Shown here: positions 58,835 through 64,000 of the stretch, piece after piece
How positions within the stretch are numbered: position 1 is the stretch's first letter
Layout of the letters: the number at the start of each line of letters is the position of its first letter
Assembly: GCF_009914755.1 (NCBI RefSeq)
Contig: NC_060942.1
Strand: one strand, 5' to 3'
Length of the DNA stretch: 64,000 nt
From: the human T2T-CHM13v2.0 reference genome, Homo sapiens
Program-made: the position numbers and the translations under genes
Notes under the pieces: generated by a model
Seen by the model: the letters and a program-made list of their open reading frames with translations, nothing else
The model's database searches: none
What the model was told of the DNA's origin: nothing

Positions 58835-59050
58835 ATATGTAAAGTGCACTGCCTTTAAAGTCAGACAGACTCAAATTTGAATCCCGTCTTTTCTCCCATT
58901 TACTAACTAGGAGGTTTCTCTAAGTCTCAGTTTCTTCATCTCTGTAGAATGGTAGGAATGACACCTCGGAGGTTTGTTGCAACAATTAAATATGACCATA
59001 TTTATGCAAAGTATAGTGCCTGGACACTCTGGATTACAAATACATGCCAT
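58835..59050 (+). mobile_element. MIR
   Basis: agtcagacagactcaaatttgaatccc...tctcagtttcttcatctctgtagaatgg...gtgcctggacac. Confidence 0.85.
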
Positions 59051-59143
59051 TTATCTTTTAACTTGAGTCTACGACAATATTTAAACATACTAAAGAAGGA
59101 ATTTGCTTGCACACCTCAATCTCAAATTGGTAGTGCTTAGGGG

Positions 59144-59456
59144 TTTTGTGTTTGTTTTTTTGGTTGTGGTTGTTGTTTTGAGACAGGATCTCACTCCATC
59201 GCCCCAGCTGTAATGCAGTGGTGCCATCATGGCTCACTGCAGCCTAGACCTCCTGGGCTCAAGTCATCCTCCTGCCTCAGCCTCCTGAGTAGCTAGGACA
59301 ATAGGTGTGCCCCACCATGCTTGGCTAATTTTTTTATTTTTTGTAGGGACAGGGTCTCACCATTGCCCAGGCTGGTCTTAAACTGAACTCAAGCGATCCG
59401 CTCACCTCAGCCTCCCAAAGTGCTGGAATTACAGACAAGAGCCATGACACTTGGCT
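59144..59456 (-). mobile_element. AluJ
   Basis: ggctcactgcagcctagacctcctgggctcaag; aaatggtagtg after the element echoes aattggtagtg before it. Confidence 0.94.
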
Positions 59457-59784
59457 CAAATGGTAGTGTTTTAGTGTCAAGTGTTGACGTCATTATTAGA
59501 TCACCCAGATTATTCTACTTCACTCTACCATAGGCTTTACAGCTATTATTTGGTAGTATGGATATTCATAAAACACATGCTATAAAGAAAATAGCTTTAG
59601 AGGTAGTTAGCAATCCATGCAACAAACCATTGGCTGAATCACTTCCTGCTTCAGGCACCATGCTGTGGCCCTTGTTACAGATAAAGGCACCACAAGCTGT
59701 GGAAACAAGTAAAGTAAGCATCCAATCCAATCCTGTTGGAGAGGGGCTAAGCCAAGAGCCTTTAAAAATCATGTCAAAATTTTA

Positions 59785-59946
59785 ATTTACTTGTTTTCTG
59801 TTTTCTTTACTTATTTTTATTTGTAAAAGACATGGTCTTACTATGTTGCTCAGGCTGGAGTGCAGTGGCATGATCCTAGCTCACTGCAGCCTCAAATCCT
59901 CGAGCTCAAGTGATCTTCCCACCTCAGCCTCCCGAATAGCTGGGTG
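59785..59946 (-). mobile_element. AluJ right-arm fragment
   Basis: caggctggagtgcagtggcatgatcctagctcactgcagcc...cccgaatagctggg, then ends. Confidence 0.88.
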
Positions 59947-60588
59947 TATTTTTTCAATTACACCTCTCCTTTTAAGATTTAGGTAAAAGATACATGAAGG
60001 CACAGAATTCCTGCCAAATGAAAGTTCCCAGAAAACCATGTGAAATGATGGTTGTAAAAGGATTTACTTCTTAGCTCTTTTTTTGTCTAAGCAAATTATA
60101 TTCAAGTAAGAATAATACTTAAGAAATCAAGCATGCATATGCTTTGGTTTTTACAGTATAAGGAAGGTTGTTGATGGTGTGCATGTGCCCACACCTGTGT
60201 GTACAGTCTCCAAACAGGGCTTTATTGAGTAATATTTTGTCATGATTTTCCCACAGTAACAAATGGCATATTTCCAACTTATCTGCATTTATTCAGAGTT
60301 TAATAGCACCACATACAGAGAAACTTTAAATCTACCTTTTGAATGGGATGTTTGAGGAAAAGTTATATCATGTTCTTCAGTTCATTTTTAAATATAGTTT
60401 TTAAGGATGAAAATTAAAAGAAATCCCATTTACTTTATCAGAATATAAATTGTCTTTTCGCCGTCCTCTGTATGTATAATTTTTATGTAAAGTAAAATTC
60501 TGTCTTCAAATGTGGCAATATCTCTTTAAAAGTCTTCACCAAACAGCCAGCAAACCAGCTTAGCAACTTTCCTGGGTGGATTCTTAGG

Positions 60589-60908
60589 TGAATCATTAGC
60601 CTTGAGCAATGAAACTGTCCAGCAACACCTCCTTTTGAAAGCTTTGATCTGTCTGAGACTGCAGGAGTCACAAAAGAGGTGTTTGTTTCATGCAGCTTCA
60701 GAATATTGACAGGGAAAAAGAATCTCCTTTGTTTCAATGCACCAGCCTTAGGCACCCTGGCGGTGGTCTCTGCAATTGCACTGGATGGAGGTGGAGATGC
60801 GGGATTCTCCATTCCCAGGGGGCTGTTGCTGTCTCACTATCTGCCAGTCAGGAAATCTTTTCTAGTTTCTCAGACCCCACCTTCAAAAGCTGAAATTACA
60901 TGACTCAT
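60589..60908. promoter_or_regulatory. C/EBP and AP-1 motif cluster, candidate enhancer
   Basis: TGAATCA, TTGAGCAAT (60602-60610) and ATGACTCAT (60900-60908) in GC-elevated unique DNA. Confidence 0.35.
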
Positions 60909-61404
60909 ATTTATTTTGATACCATCAAAGTTTTGCTGACAACATGAAATTTTTGCCTGCCCTGTATTAACAAGTATATTCCTGAAGTCATTAGAAAGAT
61001 TCAGGCCTTGGGTAAGCACTTAGAAATAAAAACTTAATTTATTGTTTGCACTAGTTCCCCTCTTTTCCCCTCCTCAAGGTGGCTATTTGGGGATTAGCAA
61101 ATTCTGTGACAAAAGATGGTCAAGTGTAGATACCTAGAAGAAGTCACATCCAGCAATTCCATCAAAAGAGCTCTCTAACCATGTTCCCATAGTGACATGT
61201 ACCAATATCTTGGGTAAAGGGCACACAGGTGAATTAATTTGGTAGTGGATTTTTATAGACTGTACAATACACTTGACTCTTTGCCAAAATATGAGTGCCT
61301 AATTGCTGTGTCTTTGGTGAACATGCCAAAGATTCAGTGATTTTATTCACGTAGGAGGAGGAATGATTTGGGGGAGTAGTTTCAGTGGACAGGTTTTATT
61401 GTAC

Positions 61405-61525
61405 TTACTAGATAATAAATTCTTTGAGGCAAGAAGAGTGTTATTGTACTTTTTGTATTTATCACAACACCTAATGAGGTGCCTGACTTATTGGCAATCA
61501 ATTAATACTATCTAGACAAATGGAC
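61405..61525 (+). mobile_element. L2 3' end
   Basis: gataataaattctttgaggcaag...tgtatttatcacaacaccta...gtgcctgac...caattaata. Confidence 0.7.
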
Positions 61526-61719
61526 TTGAGCAGGTGACCACCTGAAACTAACTAGCACACAATAACAAACACTTGAGCTGCACAGAGACCCAGGTTCTTA
61601 TCCTGATTCATTCATTTATTGTGGTTTTGGAAAATTTGTAAATCACTTAAATGTACAGGGATTTATGTCTTTTAAGGTATGAAAGCTATGCTGGATAGAG
61701 GTGCTTTCTGAAGTCTTTT

Positions 61720-61885
61720 TTTTTTTTTCATTCAACAAACTTTAGCGCAAAGTAAAAGAGACAATGTTTCTGCTTTCATGGAGTGTATACAATGGGTGAG
61801 GGGGTGGGAAGGAACAAGTAAAAAGCAAGGTGATTTCAGAAAGTATTAACTGCTGTGCAGACCATACAACAGGGGAAAGAGATAA
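61720..61885 (-). mobile_element. L2 3' end fragment
   Basis: ttcattcaacaaac...gacaatgtttctgctttcatggagtgtatac. Confidence 0.65.
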
Positions 61886-64000
61886 AGAGTTAAATCCCCT
61901 AAGACGGTCCTGGCTGTTTGTTGGCTTTATTTTTAATTTCTCCTTTTTCTCTAAATAGAAATCAACAGACTTTCTTGAAAAGAGGACTTGATTATCAGAA
62001 TCAACTGTGGAGTGTTTTACAAATAACAGGTTTTCAATGCTCTACAGATTTTACAGGGATGTAAACCAGAACCCTGAAAGCTCTAGTGTCTTCACAACAG
62101 TTCCCTTGAAAACACTGGTACTGCTAGGGGAATGAACAATTTACATATAAATAATTTATATTTTAGTTGTCTCTAAGTGTGAGACTGTAAGAAATTCATT
62201 TTGAAAACCACTCAAAGGTTTCCTGATTTTCATACTGTCCTTAGCCGATAAGCTCTTAGACTGATTTGACTTCTAAAATACCTTCTAACTTGAATTCATT
62301 TGAAAAGCCCGAAGTGTTAAAACTCATGGATTGAGATAAATAACCTTCCAATGGAGTCTAGCAAATTGGAAACTGGACTTGGTCTTTGATCTCAGGGAGG
62401 TACGCGTACTACAGACGGGTCATTGTGCTTGCCCAGACAGGACACGAGGTAAGACTTCCTTACTTAAACTTGACACATACAGCATGGTCAGAAACAGCAG
62501 ATGGGGTCATTTGTTATCTTTAACACTGTACGCCGGCCCAAGTAGGGCAGGACAGTGGGAATCCCATAAAACAGAGCCAGCTTTCATGCTAGGAGCAGTA
62601 CTGTAGTCACCCAATCATACGGCAGAAATAGTAAAGGTCATGCTTCCTCCACAGTGGTGAGGTGCAGCAGCTTCCTTGGCAAATGACTTCTGCGTACTCT
62701 CCCCACATGGAGGAGATTGGTCATGCAAAGTAGGTGTTTTCAGGGTACAGGAAAGCTTTCCAAGATTGCTTCTAGAAGCTATGGCAAATGTATTTTCAAT
62801 TTAAATGTATCTTCCTATTATCAGCACTTTAAATTTGCCATTTATCAGAAAGGGCCTTTTTCCTCTTTTCCTTCCTGCATTTGTTTTCTGTGTAGGTTTG
62901 CTTTTTGTCTGTTTGTTTTGGCCTTTGAGGAATGTGACTTCCTAAGGTCACCCTGGAAAACAAAGAAGCAAAACAAAACAAAAAAAGAACTCCGTTTTCA
63001 CTAAAATGGAGTCCGAAGATGTGGGTTCAGTGCTTTATCTGGCTGTCTCTGTAACCTGGGGATCACATTCGTCTCACAGGGAAAGTTTTGTGAAGATCAA
63101 ATAAGAAATAATTTGGATATTGAAATGCTCCCCAAGGTTCAAAGACCTGCACATTTAGAATGCTTGGCAGCCCCTGGTCTTTTTGTGTGTGCTGCACTTG
63201 GGACATTTATCAGAATCTGAACACATCAGAAACTGACCCAATGATAGAAAAGAACTGGAACTAGGGGTGATCAGAATAACCTCCTGAGAAGGCCGTCCCA
63301 ATGGAGAAAGGAGTTAGTGTCCTGAGCTTTGTGGTCCTGCACCAGCTCTTGGCTAGTCTGCTGCTGAAGTATTCTGTCAGACCTGAAGAAAAATAGAGGG
63401 CAATAAGAATCGGTACTGACAAACAGGCCCAGGCACCACACTCCCGAAGACCAACACCATAAACAATCTGCCTGGCAGGGTTAGAGTCTGTAGAGGCTGG
63501 GGAGGCAGTAGTACCCAGAGAAAAACAACTCGAAAGTGGAACCTTTTGAATAACAGCCCATCTCACAGTAGAGTCCTTTACACCAACAAAAACGAGTCTT
63601 GGTCAGTGTCTCTAACATACGTTTAATTTCCTAGACAAATCTTGCATCTCTTCATGATTTAGCTTCTTGTTTACAATGCAGCTTTCTTAAATGGAAAGGA
63701 AACTGCTGAATCTCAAATTGCTGTGTAGTTTGTCAGACAATGACATCCTTCACTGCCAGCGTTGAGCACACTCCCTTTTTAATCCATTTTGCCTGATGAA
63801 GCATAGCATTTTCTGCAGCCTTCTGAGCTGTTAAGAGAATATTTCAACTGCAAACACAAAGAAGAAATGTTTGAAGTGAAATGAACTATGGGCTAATCGG
63901 GAAGGGCTTGAATGAATGTCAAAATAAGAGCTCACCTACTGCACATTTTTAAAAAGAAGTCTATGTTAATGGAGTCAAAACACTGGCTTCAGTGTTTTAT

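Overview
AT-rich catarrhine primate (probably human) non-coding DNA, intergenic or deep-intronic. I can support no protein-coding gene, RNA gene, CpG island or CRISPR-type system. The ORF track is explained by Alu, L1 and LTR remnants or by chance. Much of the window is interspersed repeat: about 18 Alu/FLAM copies, a decayed near-full-length L1PB (35188-42105), several older L1 pieces, an LTR16/HERV16-type provirus remnant, MaLR elements (MSTB, THE1C, MLT1), a MER4-group LTR, MER1A, MER47A, MER5, and many MIR/L2 fragments. Five structures are not explained by simple repeat annotation. (1) A ~230-bp inverted repeat in apparently unique DNA flanks a 1.15-kb spacer (51915-53531) and has a 43-bp perfect core. 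(2) A 39-bp-stem/22-nt-loop hairpin (43121-43220) sits between two inverted Alus. (3) A polyadenylated LTR 3' fragment is retroposed into L1 ORF1 (37351-37527). (4) A ~40-bp direct repeat lies at the ERV breakpoint (5916/6991). (5) There is a perfect 21-bp minisatellite (22724-22820). Repeat family names come from recalled consensus sequences, not a search, and boundaries of old elements are approximate.
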